DNA from: Gemmatimonadales bacterium
GTDB taxonomy: Bacteria; Gemmatimonadota; Gemmatimonadetes; Gemmatimonadales; GWC2-71-9
Direction of reading: 5' to 3'
Assembly (NCBI GenBank): GCA_041613315.1
Contig: JBFJHJ010000001.1
Span: forward strand, 64,001-128,000
Length of the DNA: 64,000 bases
Shown: piece after piece, positions 19,949 through 28,663 of the stretch
How positions within the stretch are numbered: position 1 is the stretch's first letter
Layout: each line of letters opens with the position of its first letter
Notes under the pieces: generated by a model
Told to the model about the DNA's origin: nothing
Database searches by the model: none
Seen by the model: only the letters and a program-made list of their open reading frames with translations
Program-made: the position numbers and the translations under genes

Positions 19949-22209
19949 GGCGTCTTGCGCCGCTGAGCGCCGTCGTATTCAGCCTCGTGCTCGTACTCGC
20001 CGCGGTCGTGTCACGCCCGCGGGGCGCGGAAGGGTCCGCCGCGGTGCTTCTGCTCGCGGCGCACGACCCGTGCGGCAACTGCCACAGCATGCACACGGCG
20101 CCAGGCCAGACGCTGACGAACGATGCCGTCGTCGAAGATCTCTGCCTCACGTGTCACGGGCCGGCTGGGCCGTCCCCCAAGAAGGCCGAGGTGCATCAGC
20201 ACAAGACGGGCAGCACCTACGACTTTGCGATGACGTGCACGGCCTGCCATAATCCGCACAACCATCCCACGAATTGGCTCGGCGGAACCAATCTCCGCTT
20301 GGTCGGCGACGAGCGCAGCGCCAAGATCACAACGCCCAATAGCGGCGTCCGGGACGTGGTCTTCGAGAGCCGCGGCGCCGACTCCGGCGGGGCGGCCCTC
20401 CATTCCTACGCGGACGCCGATCAGGACGCGAACGGGGTGTACGATGGCGTCTGCGAGGTGTGCCACACGTTGACCGGCGTCCATCAGAACAGCTCCGCCG
20501 GCTATCATCGGCACCAGCGGGGCAACAGCTGTCTCACCTGCCATCCGCACGTGGGGCAGGGGGGGAACGTCGGGGCGTTCCTCGTGGATCCCACGCTCGA
20601 GTGCGCCGACTGTCACAACCGGCCGCTCGATCCTCGCCGGGCGGTGATCAGCGAGTTTGCACGGCGGAGCCACCACGTGCAGGGACCGGTCGCGAGCGCC
20701 GACTGCCGGGCGTGCCACATCCAGACGCGGCATTCGAAGGGGACGGTTCGGTTGGCGAATGCGGATGACCCGACCAACGAGACGCTGGTGGTGGAGCTCA
20801 CGGGCGATCCGGTCGCCGCTCCGGCCGACGCCGCGAAGCTGACGCCCTTCTGTCTGGCCTGCCACGACGCCAACGCGGCGAACGGTGCGCCACCGTTCAG
20901 CGACGGGGTGACACCGCCCAACATCGACGCCGGCTGGGCGGAGGCCTCCCACAAGACCGTCGGCTACTCGTGCTTCGGCGACGGCGCGTCCGGCTGCCAT
21001 GCCACCGCCCACGGATCGGACAAGCAGAACCTCCTCGCGCCCCACGGCGTTTCGCCGACGCCGCCGGCCAACGCGGAGGAGGAAGAGGGGTTCTGCTACA
21101 CCTGTCACGACGGCGCTCCCGCCAGCACCAATATCCAGGGAGAATTTCAGAAAGGGGCCAATACCGCGGTCCGGACCTTCCACCACCAGGTCAGGGACAC
21201 GGAACAGTCCGGGGGTCGCGTCGTCGAGTGCACGAGTTGCCATAACCCGCACCAGGCGACGAACGCCAACAAGGTGAGAGGCGTCCGCGGGACGGACCTG
21301 CGCGGCAATCCGGTCGGGCCTGGGACGGGCAACCCGCGTGACGCTTTAGAGTACGAGGTGTGCCTCAACTGCCACGGCGACACCTACCTGGCGAATCGGG
21401 ACATCAACGCGGATGGCTTCAACGACACGTCGAACAAGCGGCGCGACTTCAACGACAGCGCCAGCGCGTATCACGCGGTGCAGCAGGCCGGCCGCAACCG
21501 TTCGGGCGCGATCCAGGCCGCCCTGGTCGGCGGGCTGGACACGCTCTCGGTCATCAAGTGCAGCGACTGCCACAACAACGAGCAGACCAGGAACGCCCTG
21601 GGCCGGGCGTCCAACTCGGCCGCCAGCCCCAAAGGGCCGCACGGCTCGATCCTCTACCCGATCCTGCGCGACACGTCCGACCTCCGGGCCATCCAACCGG
21701 CCGGGCAGGCGCGGAGCGGCCAGTTCCGGCTCTGCTTCCTGTGCCACGACAAGGACAAGCTCAAGGGGGAGAAGGACGGCAACGTGGGGCGCGACTTCGC
21801 CGCCGGCGCCCGTACGAACTTCTACGGCGGCTCGAAGGACAACCTCCACTGGTTCCACCTGAGCGACTTCGCTGGCGCCACGTGCCGTTCGTGCCACTAC
21901 AACACCCACGGCAATCAGTCGGCGAGCAACACGATCTATCGGATCATCGACGGCGGCCCGCCGACGGACTATGCGACCGGTCCGCCAATCGGCTACAAGA
22001 CGCGCATGGTGAACTTCTCGCCCTCGGTGCAAGCGCGGACGGGATTCACCAAGCCGGTGTTCCGAATCGACGTGGGGACGCGCAACCGAGGGTGTCTGCT
22101 GGTGTGCCACGGCACGGACCATGACGGCACGGGGGACTTCACCTACAACCCGCAGGCGCGGCACGGCCAGCCGGGGATGGACAACGATCCGCTGAAATAC
22201 ACTCCGTGA
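19945..22209 (+). CDS. Secreted multiheme c-type cytochrome (14 CxxCH plus CX7CH and CX3CH)
   Basis: Hydrophobic N-terminus; CGNCH, CLTCH, CTACH, CEVCH, CLTCH, CADCH, CRACH, CLACH, CYTCH, CTSCH, CLNCH, CSDCH, CFLCH, CRSCH; ATGA overlap with NHL gene. Confidence 0.92.
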   Translation: MRRLAPLSAVVFSLVLVLAAVVSRPRGAEGSAAVLLLAAHDPCGNCHSMHTAPGQTLTNDAVVEDLCLTCHGPAGPSPKKAEVHQHKTGSTYDFAMTCTACHNPHNHPTNWLGGTNLRLVGDERSAKITTPNSGVRDVVFESRGADSGGAALHSYADADQDANGVYDGVCEVCHTLTGVHQNSSAGYHRHQRGNSCLTCHPHVGQGGNVGAFLVDPTLECADCHNRPLDPRRAVISEFARRSHHVQGPVASADCRACHIQTRHSKGTVRLANADDPTNETLVVELTGDPVAAPADAAKLTPFCLACHDANAANGAPPFSDGVTPPNIDAGWAEASHKTVGYSCFGDGASGCHATAHGSDKQNLLAPHGVSPTPPANAEEEEGFCYTCHDGAPASTNIQGEFQKGANTAVRTFHHQVRDTEQSGGRVVECTSCHNPHQATNANKVRGVRGTDLRGNPVGPGTGNPRDALEYEVCLNCHGDTYLANRDINADGFNDTSNKRRDFNDSASAYHAVQQAGRNRSGAIQAALVGGLDTLSVIKCSDCHNNEQTRNALGRASNSAASPKGPHGSILYPILRDTSDLRAIQPAGQARSGQFRLCFLCHDKDKLKGEKDGNVGRDFAAGARTNFYGGSKDNLHWFHLSDFAGATCRSCHYNTHGNQSASNTIYRIIDGGPPTDYATGPPIGYKTRMVNFSPSVQARTGFTKPVFRIDVGTRNRGCLLVCHGTDHDGTGDFTYNPQARHGQPGMDNDPLKYTP

Positions 22210-22232
22210 GCGAGGCCGACGCCCCGGACGGC

Positions 22233-22532
22233 TCACCCCACCCGCCACAGAATCCGCTGAATCTTCTTCCCCTTCTGCCCGAGCTTGCGGAGGATCTCGC
22301 CCGACATCAGCTGCAGCTCGGTCGCCCACGCCGCCGACTTGACCCGCACCACGAGCACGCCCCCCTCCAGCACGACCTCCGGCGTCGTGACCTCCGCGAT
22401 CGCCGGCCCTACCAGCTCGGCCCACTCGGGAATCACGCTCGCCTGATCGAGCCGCCGCGCCAGCCCCGTCCGTTTGACGTACGCCTCGAGCGCCTCGCTC
22501 AGCGGCGTCGCGGCCGGCTTACGCTTCCGCAA
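22233..22532 (-). CDS. DUF721 / DciA-family protein
   Basis: WAELVGPAIA..T.P.....GVLVVRVKSAAWATELQLM; overlaps recF end. Confidence 0.85.
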   Translation of the reverse strand: MRKRKPAATPLSEALEAYVKRTGLARRLDQASVIPEWAELVGPAIAEVTTPEVVLEGGVLVVRVKSAAWATELQLMSGEILRKLGQKGKKIQRILWRVG

Positions 22533-23619
22533 GCGCGCCGTCCCGCATCTGCCACCGCGGCCGGTCGAGGAGCGCGGCGGGGACCTCGGCGTCGCGCGGT
22601 GCCGCGATGACCGCCTGGCCGGGAAGCGTTTCGCGAATCAAGTCCAGCAAGCGCTCCTGCCGCCCCCGATCCAGCTCGGCAAAGACATCGTCGTAGAGCG
22701 CCATCGGCGCTTCCCCCCGCGCGCGGGTCAGGGTCTCGGCCTCGAGGAGCCGGAGCGCGATCGCCGCGGTCCGTTGCTGGCCGGCCGAGCCGAACGTTCG
22801 CAGATCGCGGCCGCCGAGCGTCAGCTCGAGGTCGTCGCGGTGCGGCCCCACGGTGGTCATGCCGCGGCGCAGGTCTCGGTCCATCGCGCCGTCCAGCGCG
22901 CTCCGCAGGTCGGCCGCCGACTCTCCCGGATGGTGATGCTTGGGCCGATACGCGACGGCGGGGTCCGCCGCCTCTCCGAGCGTGCGACACAGCGCCGCGT
23001 AGCGGGCGTGCCAGCAGGCCGTCCAGCGGTCCCGGATGCGCGCCACGTCGGTCGCCGCCGCCGTGAACGGCTGGTCGAAGGCCCGGGCGTCCGGCGCGCG
23101 TCCGCGGCGGAGGGCCGCGTTCCGTTGGCGCAACGCGTTCCGCATCGCCGTGAGGCTCGCGAGGTAGCCCGGCTCGCTCAGGGACAGCAGCACGTCCAAG
23201 TACCGCCGACGTCCGGCGGGGCCGCCACCGACGATCGCCCGATCGGCGGGCGAGAACACCACTGCCGTCACGGCGCCGACGGCCTCGGCCAGCTTCTTCG
23301 CCTCGCTGCCGTCCACGCTCACCTTCTTGCGTCGCCCCTGGATCTCGTATCCCGCCATCACGCGCCGCCCGTTGCCGCCCCTCACGAAGAATCCCGCCTC
23401 ACCGAACCGCACCAGTTCCCGGTCCTTCGCGCCGCGGAAGGAGCGGAACAGCACGAGGTAGTAGATCGCTTCGAGGAAGTTCGTCTTTCCGTGACCGTTC
23501 TCGCCCACGATCACGACGCCCTCGGGCGGGAGTTCCACGTCGAGCGAGGCGAGGTTGCGGAAGTTGCGAATCCTGAGCGAGGAGAGATGCACCGCGAATC
23601 GTTGTCCGGGGTCCGTCAT
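22519..23619 (-). CDS. recF: DNA replication and repair protein RecF
   Basis: NFRN, GENGHGKTNFLEAIY, SFRG, GPHRDDL, GSAGQQR, YDDVFAELD. Confidence 0.95.
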   Translation of the reverse strand: MTDPGQRFAVHLSSLRIRNFRNLASLDVELPPEGVVIVGENGHGKTNFLEAIYYLVLFRSFRGAKDRELVRFGEAGFFVRGGNGRRVMAGYEIQGRRKKVSVDGSEAKKLAEAVGAVTAVVFSPADRAIVGGGPAGRRRYLDVLLSLSEPGYLASLTAMRNALRQRNAALRRGRAPDARAFDQPFTAAATDVARIRDRWTACWHARYAALCRTLGEAADPAVAYRPKHHHPGESAADLRSALDGAMDRDLRRGMTTVGPHRDDLELTLGGRDLRTFGSAGQQRTAAIALRLLEAETLTRARGEAPMALYDDVFAELDRGRQERLLDLIRETLPGQAVIAAPRDAEVPAALLDRPRWQMRDGALAEA

Positions 23620-23635
23620 CCGTCAGGCCCGACCG

Positions 23636-24109
23636 TTACACGGGAACGACGGGGCGCGCACGAGTCTCCAGGTTGAGAAGTTCCCGCTTCATGGCCAGGC
23701 CCCCGCCATAGCCCCCGAGCTTGCCGCCCGCCGCGACCACGCGGTGGCACGGCACGACGAGGGGAATCGGGTTGCGGTGGTTGGCCATGCCGACGGCGCG
23801 AGCGGCGCCGGGGCGTCCGATCTTGCGCGCGATCTCACCGTAGGTGGCGGTTTCGCCGTACGGGATCGCGAGAAGCGCACTCCACACGCGCATGTCGAAC
23901 GGTGTGCCGTGGAGGGTGATCGGGAACGTGAAATCGCACCTCCGCCCTCGCACGTACTCGCCGAGCTCGCGTGCCACGCGGCGCTCGAGCGTGGATGCGG
24001 GGTCGCGCGCGCCCTCGCACTTGAGCGCGATGCGGCTGACGGCGTCTCCGGCCGTGGTCACGGCCAGCGGGCCCAGGGGGGTGCGGACGGTGAATGCGTG
24101 GTCGCTCAT
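23636..24109 (-). CDS. ogt: Methylated-DNA-protein-cysteine methyltransferase
   Basis: GTPF..RVW.AL..IPYGETATY, RAVG, PCHRV active site, GGYGGG. Confidence 0.9.
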   Translation of the reverse strand: MSDHAFTVRTPLGPLAVTTAGDAVSRIALKCEGARDPASTLERRVARELGEYVRGRRCDFTFPITLHGTPFDMRVWSALLAIPYGETATYGEIARKIGRPGAARAVGMANHRNPIPLVVPCHRVVAAGGKLGGYGGGLAMKRELLNLETRARPVVPV

Positions 24110-24283
24110 GGTGAAACGTCCTCGTGACGCGCGTCGTGCGGTGATGCGACGTTCCTCCCGGCCTCTTGCCCGACGACCCAATCTATCGCCCCGGAGCCGT
24201 CTCGGCTTGTCCGTCCGGGCTGGCCGCGCGGGTGGGCGGCGTGCACGTTGCATACCGACCTCCCGGACGAGGCGAGGCTGCCC

Positions 24284-25333
24284 GTGACCCAGCCGTCCCC
24301 ATCACCCCAGACGATCTTCGAGACGCTCACCGCCTATCAGAAGAGCGCGGCACTCGCCGGCGCGATCACCCTCGATCTGTTTACCGCGATCGCCGCCGGC
24401 GCCACCAGCATCGAGGCCCTGGCGAAGCGCTGTGGAGTGAGCGACCGGGGTATCCGGAGCCTGTGCGATTACCTCGTGGCGACTGGGTTCCTCGAAAAGC
24501 GTGGCCGCCTGTACGGGCTGACGGCGGGCGCCGCAGCATACCTGGACCGCGCGTCCGACGGCTATGTCGGTGACGCCGTGGAGTTCCTCCACTCCAGCGA
24601 ACTGCAGGGCGCGTTCGCCGACGTCCCGGGCGCCGTTCGCCGGGGCGGGACGGTCCTCGAGCAAGATGCGTTCACCGGACCGGACCACCCGGCGTGGGCC
24701 GCGTTCGCCAGGGCGATGGCCCCGATGGCGACGGTCCTGGCCCAGCAGCTGGTGGCGTTCATCGTGGGCGAGGGGTGGACGCCCGGACGCGTGCTCGACG
24801 TCTCGGCCGGTCACGGCCGCTACGGCATCGCCCTCGCCACGCACTGGCCGGAGACGTCGGTCGCCTTTCAGGACTGGCCGACGGTGCTGGCGGTGGCGGC
24901 GGAACAGGCACGGGCCGCCGGCCTGGAAGGTCGCTACACCCTGCTGCCCGGCAGTGCTTTCGAGGTGGACTTGGGAGGGCCCTACGATACGGTGCTACTC
25001 CCCAACTTCCTGCACCACTTCGACCGGGCGGCGTGCACCGCGCTGCTCCGGCGGCTGCGTGCGGTGCTGGCGCCCGGAGGCCGGATCGTCGCGATCGAGG
25101 CCGTGGTGGATGCCGACCGGGTCTCGCCCGCTCCGGCTGCGGCGTTCGGCCTCGTGATGCTCGTGACCACGCCCGGCGGCGACGTATACACTCGGACCGA
25201 GCTCGAAGCGATGTTCCACGACGCGGGGTTCGACCGGACGGTTTTCCGGCCGTTCGGAGAGGCGCACCAACAGGTGATCGTGTCAACTCTGAGCAACGCC
25301 CATCGGTCGGCGATAGAGCCGGATCTTCGATAG
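24284..25333 (+). CDS. SAM-dependent O-methyltransferase with N-terminal dimerisation domain
   Basis: L..AITLDLFT wHTH, VLDVSAGHG, PGSAF, NFLHHF, LAPGG. Confidence 0.85.
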   Translation: MTQPSPSPQTIFETLTAYQKSAALAGAITLDLFTAIAAGATSIEALAKRCGVSDRGIRSLCDYLVATGFLEKRGRLYGLTAGAAAYLDRASDGYVGDAVEFLHSSELQGAFADVPGAVRRGGTVLEQDAFTGPDHPAWAAFARAMAPMATVLAQQLVAFIVGEGWTPGRVLDVSAGHGRYGIALATHWPETSVAFQDWPTVLAVAAEQARAAGLEGRYTLLPGSAFEVDLGGPYDTVLLPNFLHHFDRAACTALLRRLRAVLAPGGRIVAIEAVVDADRVSPAPAAAFGLVMLVTTPGGDVYTRTELEAMFHDAGFDRTVFRPFGEAHQQVIVSTLSNAHRSAIEPDLR

Positions 25334-25607
25334 CGAGAGAGCGGGCAACCCGATACCGCCGTCCTACGTGTCCCCTCAATTCGGATGCGCCCGCCGGTGC
25401 CTCCGCGCCGCGCGCTAGCCGTCGGCGGCCGAGACCGGAAGGGGTAGCCACCCCCCCTCTAGCGCGCGAGTCTGCCGCCCCACAGCTTCGTGCCCGTCCC
25501 CCCAGCAGGAGCCGCAGCTACGCGGTCGGGTTCCCCTGGTTGCCGCAATCGCGCGTGGCCCTGCCCCGCACGTCTCTCAGCGCCCCCCACAGAGAAAGAG
25601 GTGGCCT

Positions 25608-26315
25608 ATGCCTCGACGCCTGTCGCCTACGCTGACCATTGTAGGCGTCGCAATGCTCGTGGTCTCGTGCGCGCCAGGTCCAGACGAGCGCGCGGCAGAT
25701 CGCCGGGAATGGCCGTCGCTACCCGAACCCGTCGTCACGCATCCCCCATCGGAGGCCGGAGCCGCGCAGCGCGTCGAGCATGGTGAGCGAATCGCCGATG
25801 TCGACGAGGCGAGGCGGCGGTTGCACGCGCAGCACCACCCGCACGGTGTGCTGGAGACCCGCAGGCTCCCCGGCGTGTTTCAGCGGCCCTCTATGACGAA
25901 GGTCAAGGACTTCGCCCTCTCCAAGTCCGACCTCGTGGTCATCAATCCCGGGCCCGGCGAATACGTGCACGTGATGGAGGGCCAGCGGCATGGCTACCAG
26001 AATCTGACCATTGGGATCACGTACACGGCTCCCGGCGGGGCGCCACCGATGCATACGCACCGGGGCGAGGAGGCCCACGTCCTGTTGGAGGGGACCATCC
26101 TCTACGCGCTCGGCGACTCGATCTTCACCATGGAAGCGCCCTATGTCGTCAATATTCCCCCGATGATGCCCCACTCGTTCAAGAACCTGGGCGACCACGT
26201 GGCGGAGCTCGTCGTGGTCTTCCCTACGAACGTGTGGGAGTATGACGTGCTGGATTACTTCCCGTTTGCGAAGCTGGACAGTGCCAAGGCTCCGAGACGA
26301 GAGCGCGGCAGGTGA
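25608..26315 (+). CDS. Cupin-domain protein, probable lipoprotein
   Basis: VVS-C lipobox-like; PMHTHRGEEAHVLLEG and IPPMMPHSFKN cupin metal motifs; GAGG RBS. Confidence 0.75.
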   Translation: MPRRLSPTLTIVGVAMLVVSCAPGPDERAADRREWPSLPEPVVTHPPSEAGAAQRVEHGERIADVDEARRRLHAQHHPHGVLETRRLPGVFQRPSMTKVKDFALSKSDLVVINPGPGEYVHVMEGQRHGYQNLTIGITYTAPGGAPPMHTHRGEEAHVLLEGTILYALGDSIFTMEAPYVVNIPPMMPHSFKNLGDHVAELVVVFPTNVWEYDVLDYFPFAKLDSAKAPRRERGR

Positions 26316-26378
26316 CGGATGGCTGCTCGGCGGCCGGTTCCGGGCGGGGACCACCGCTTGTGCGATCGCTGATCTACG

Positions 26379-26403
26379 TAAGCGCTTGTTGCGCAATGCG
26401 TTA
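26379..26403. promoter_or_regulatory. 25-bp palindrome TAA-N4-TTG-N5-CAA-N4-TTA with extended flanking symmetry
   Basis: GATC-T-ACG-TAAGCGCTTGTTGCGCAATGCGTTA-CGT-GATC (26371-26410). Confidence 0.5.
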
Positions 26404-26511
26404 CGTGATCGTTCACCACCGATGTCGGACGCGTCACAGCGGTACCCCCGACTGGGGGTACCTTAAACCTTGGGGAGGCATGCCCTTTCCCCCGGAGCGG
26501 AGCGGGGCGAC

Positions 26512-28143
26512 GTGTCCGACATCTCGACCCTCAAAGAGCACGCGCGGACCCTGGAGCGCCAAGGCGACGTCGAGAAGGCGCTGGTGATCTACCGACGTCT
26601 CCTCGACGATCTCGAGGGGACGCCCGCGTTTGAGAGTGAGCTTCCCCTGCTGGTGAAAGTCGGCGATCTCCAGCTCAAGCGTGGAGAATCCCAGACCGCT
26701 ATCGCGATGTACGAGCGCGCCGCCGAGCACTACGCGGGACAGGGGTCGCAGCAGGCGGTGCTCTCCCTCGGCGCCAAGATCCTGCGGATCGCGCCGGAGC
26801 GGGTGTCGGCCTATCTCCCACCGTGCAAGCGCCTCCTCGAAGAGGGCCACGTCCAGGCGGCCCGCGCGGTGCTCGAGAGCTACGCCGAGAACGCCGGGCT
26901 CCGCGAGATCGCCGACATGCTGCACGGCCTTGAGGGCCGTCCCGACGACGCCGTGAGCGCCGCCCTGGGGGATATCATTGCCGCGCGTCTGCGGGCACGA
27001 GCGAACGCCCCGGCGGCGGCCACCGAACCTGAGCGACCGAAGGCCCCCGAGGCCGCCCCGGCCTACGACCGGTTTCCGGGGGCGGGCGACGACGACTTCG
27101 AGCCCGTGATCATCGAACACACGACGCCGCCCCCATCGGCGAAGGACCCGCCGCCGCCACCGAAGCCGCGGCCCGCCCCACCGGCGCGTGAACCCGTGGC
27201 GCCCGCGGCCCCCATCACGGACGCATCCGACGGGCCATTCACCCAGCACATGATCTCGCTCGACGAACCGGCGCCCGCTCCGGCTCCCCCGCCCGCCCCG
27301 GTTCCGGAGGCCGAACCGATCGACGTCGTGACCCCGATGGACGTGGTCGTCCCCGACAAGTCCGCCGTCCCGCCGGCGTTCGCGGCCCCGACCGAGTCGC
27401 GCCCGCGCTCGCCCGTCCCGGCGCCGCCGTCGCCACCCCCAAGGCCTCCGCGCGCGTCGGTCGTACCGACCGGGCATGAGGCGCCGGCTCCGGCGCCCCG
27501 TCCCACGCGGGTACGGCGGTCGCGCGTGAAGCTCCGACGGGTGTTCGAACACAAGAGGGGTCCGGCGTTCGTGAAGTGGGCGGCGGCGGCGGCGTTGACG
27601 ATCGTGGTCGTCGGGGGCGTGGGGCTGATGATTGCGGGCGTGATCATCTCCGATGCCGAAACCCCCGAGCCCGCCGCTCCGGCCCCGGTTCGCCGCGCCC
27701 CGGCCCGCGCGGTGCCCCAACTCCCGCCTCCAGCTGAGGTGCTGATCCCGCAGGTCCTTCCCGATCTCCGGTCGACGGTCACGCCGCCGCTGCCGCCACT
27801 CGATGTCGCCCCGTCGGCCGCCGATTCGGCGCCGCCCGACAATATGCGCGGCGTCGTGCTCGTGCAGGGACTTCCCGTCGCGAGCGTCGCCATGTTTTCG
27901 ATCGGCGGTCGGCCAGCGTATCGCATCATGCAGCTCCTGCGCTCCGGCGACAGCCTCACGCTCACGTTGACGCCGATGTCGTCCGACTCGGTGGGCCCCG
28001 ACAATCCCCGCGTCACGACGCTGAGCGGGGGCTTCGTCGTGGGCACGGTGGGGGTGGGCGACTATCTCGTGACGGCCCAAGCGCGCGTGGCGGCCGACGT
28101 CATGACGCAGCTCCTCGGGCGGCTGGGGCCCCCGTCCCGCTAA
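26512..28143 (+). CDS. Hypothetical bitopic membrane protein: TPR-like N-domain, Pro-rich linker, TM, periplasmic domain
   Basis: Helical repeats (GDVEKALVIY, VGDLQLKRG...AIAMYERA), long Pro/Ala-rich tract, TM WAAAAALTIVVVGGVGLMIAGVII. Confidence 0.7.
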   Translation: MSDISTLKEHARTLERQGDVEKALVIYRRLLDDLEGTPAFESELPLLVKVGDLQLKRGESQTAIAMYERAAEHYAGQGSQQAVLSLGAKILRIAPERVSAYLPPCKRLLEEGHVQAARAVLESYAENAGLREIADMLHGLEGRPDDAVSAALGDIIAARLRARANAPAAATEPERPKAPEAAPAYDRFPGAGDDDFEPVIIEHTTPPPSAKDPPPPPKPRPAPPAREPVAPAAPITDASDGPFTQHMISLDEPAPAPAPPPAPVPEAEPIDVVTPMDVVVPDKSAVPPAFAAPTESRPRSPVPAPPSPPPRPPRASVVPTGHEAPAPAPRPTRVRRSRVKLRRVFEHKRGPAFVKWAAAAALTIVVVGGVGLMIAGVIISDAETPEPAAPAPVRRAPARAVPQLPPPAEVLIPQVLPDLRSTVTPPLPPLDVAPSAADSAPPDNMRGVVLVQGLPVASVAMFSIGGRPAYRIMQLLRSGDSLTLTLTPMSSDSVGPDNPRVTTLSGGFVVGTVGVGDYLVTAQARVAADVMTQLLGRLGPPSR

Positions 28144-28223
28144 CCGCGCCACCTTGCGGGCGCGTCGCGCGCCCGTGCATCATCGGCAGGTCCGCGATCA
28201 CTTGCGAAACGGTCCTCCGTCCC

Positions 28224-28589
28224 ATGCCGATACTCATCGAAGCGCCCACCCGGGTCCGAGCCGCCGGCGAGCCGCCCAAGCACATCGATGAATACGTGGG
28301 CCGAGCGAAATCCGGCCACGACAGTGTGAGCGTCGCGCACATGCGGGCCCCCGCCGGCTGGGCGGAGCCCGGTCAACGGCCGGAGTTCGAGGAGATCACC
28401 GTGGTCCTCCGTGGGACCGTCCGGGTCGAGCACCAGGGCGGCACGCTGGACGTCCGAACGGGGCAGGCGGTGGTGGCGCGGCCGGGCGAGTGGGTACGCT
28501 ACTCGACGCCGGGCCCGGAAGGAGCGGAGTACGTCGCCGTGTGTGTTCCGGCCTTCTCACTCGAGACCGCGCACCGCGATCCGGAGTAG
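28224..28589 (+). CDS. Cupin-domain protein
   Basis: PKHIDEYVGR, GWAEPGQRPEFEEITVVLRG, GEWVRYSTP, CVPAFS. Confidence 0.85.
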   Translation: MPILIEAPTRVRAAGEPPKHIDEYVGRAKSGHDSVSVAHMRAPAGWAEPGQRPEFEEITVVLRGTVRVEHQGGTLDVRTGQAVVARPGEWVRYSTPGPEGAEYVAVCVPAFSLETAHRDPE

Positions 28590-28663
28590 CCGCCTCGCCA
28601 TCGGCTGTCCCATCCCGTCAGCACGGGTCCGAACGGCATGAGGCGGCCGACTTCACCCGACCC

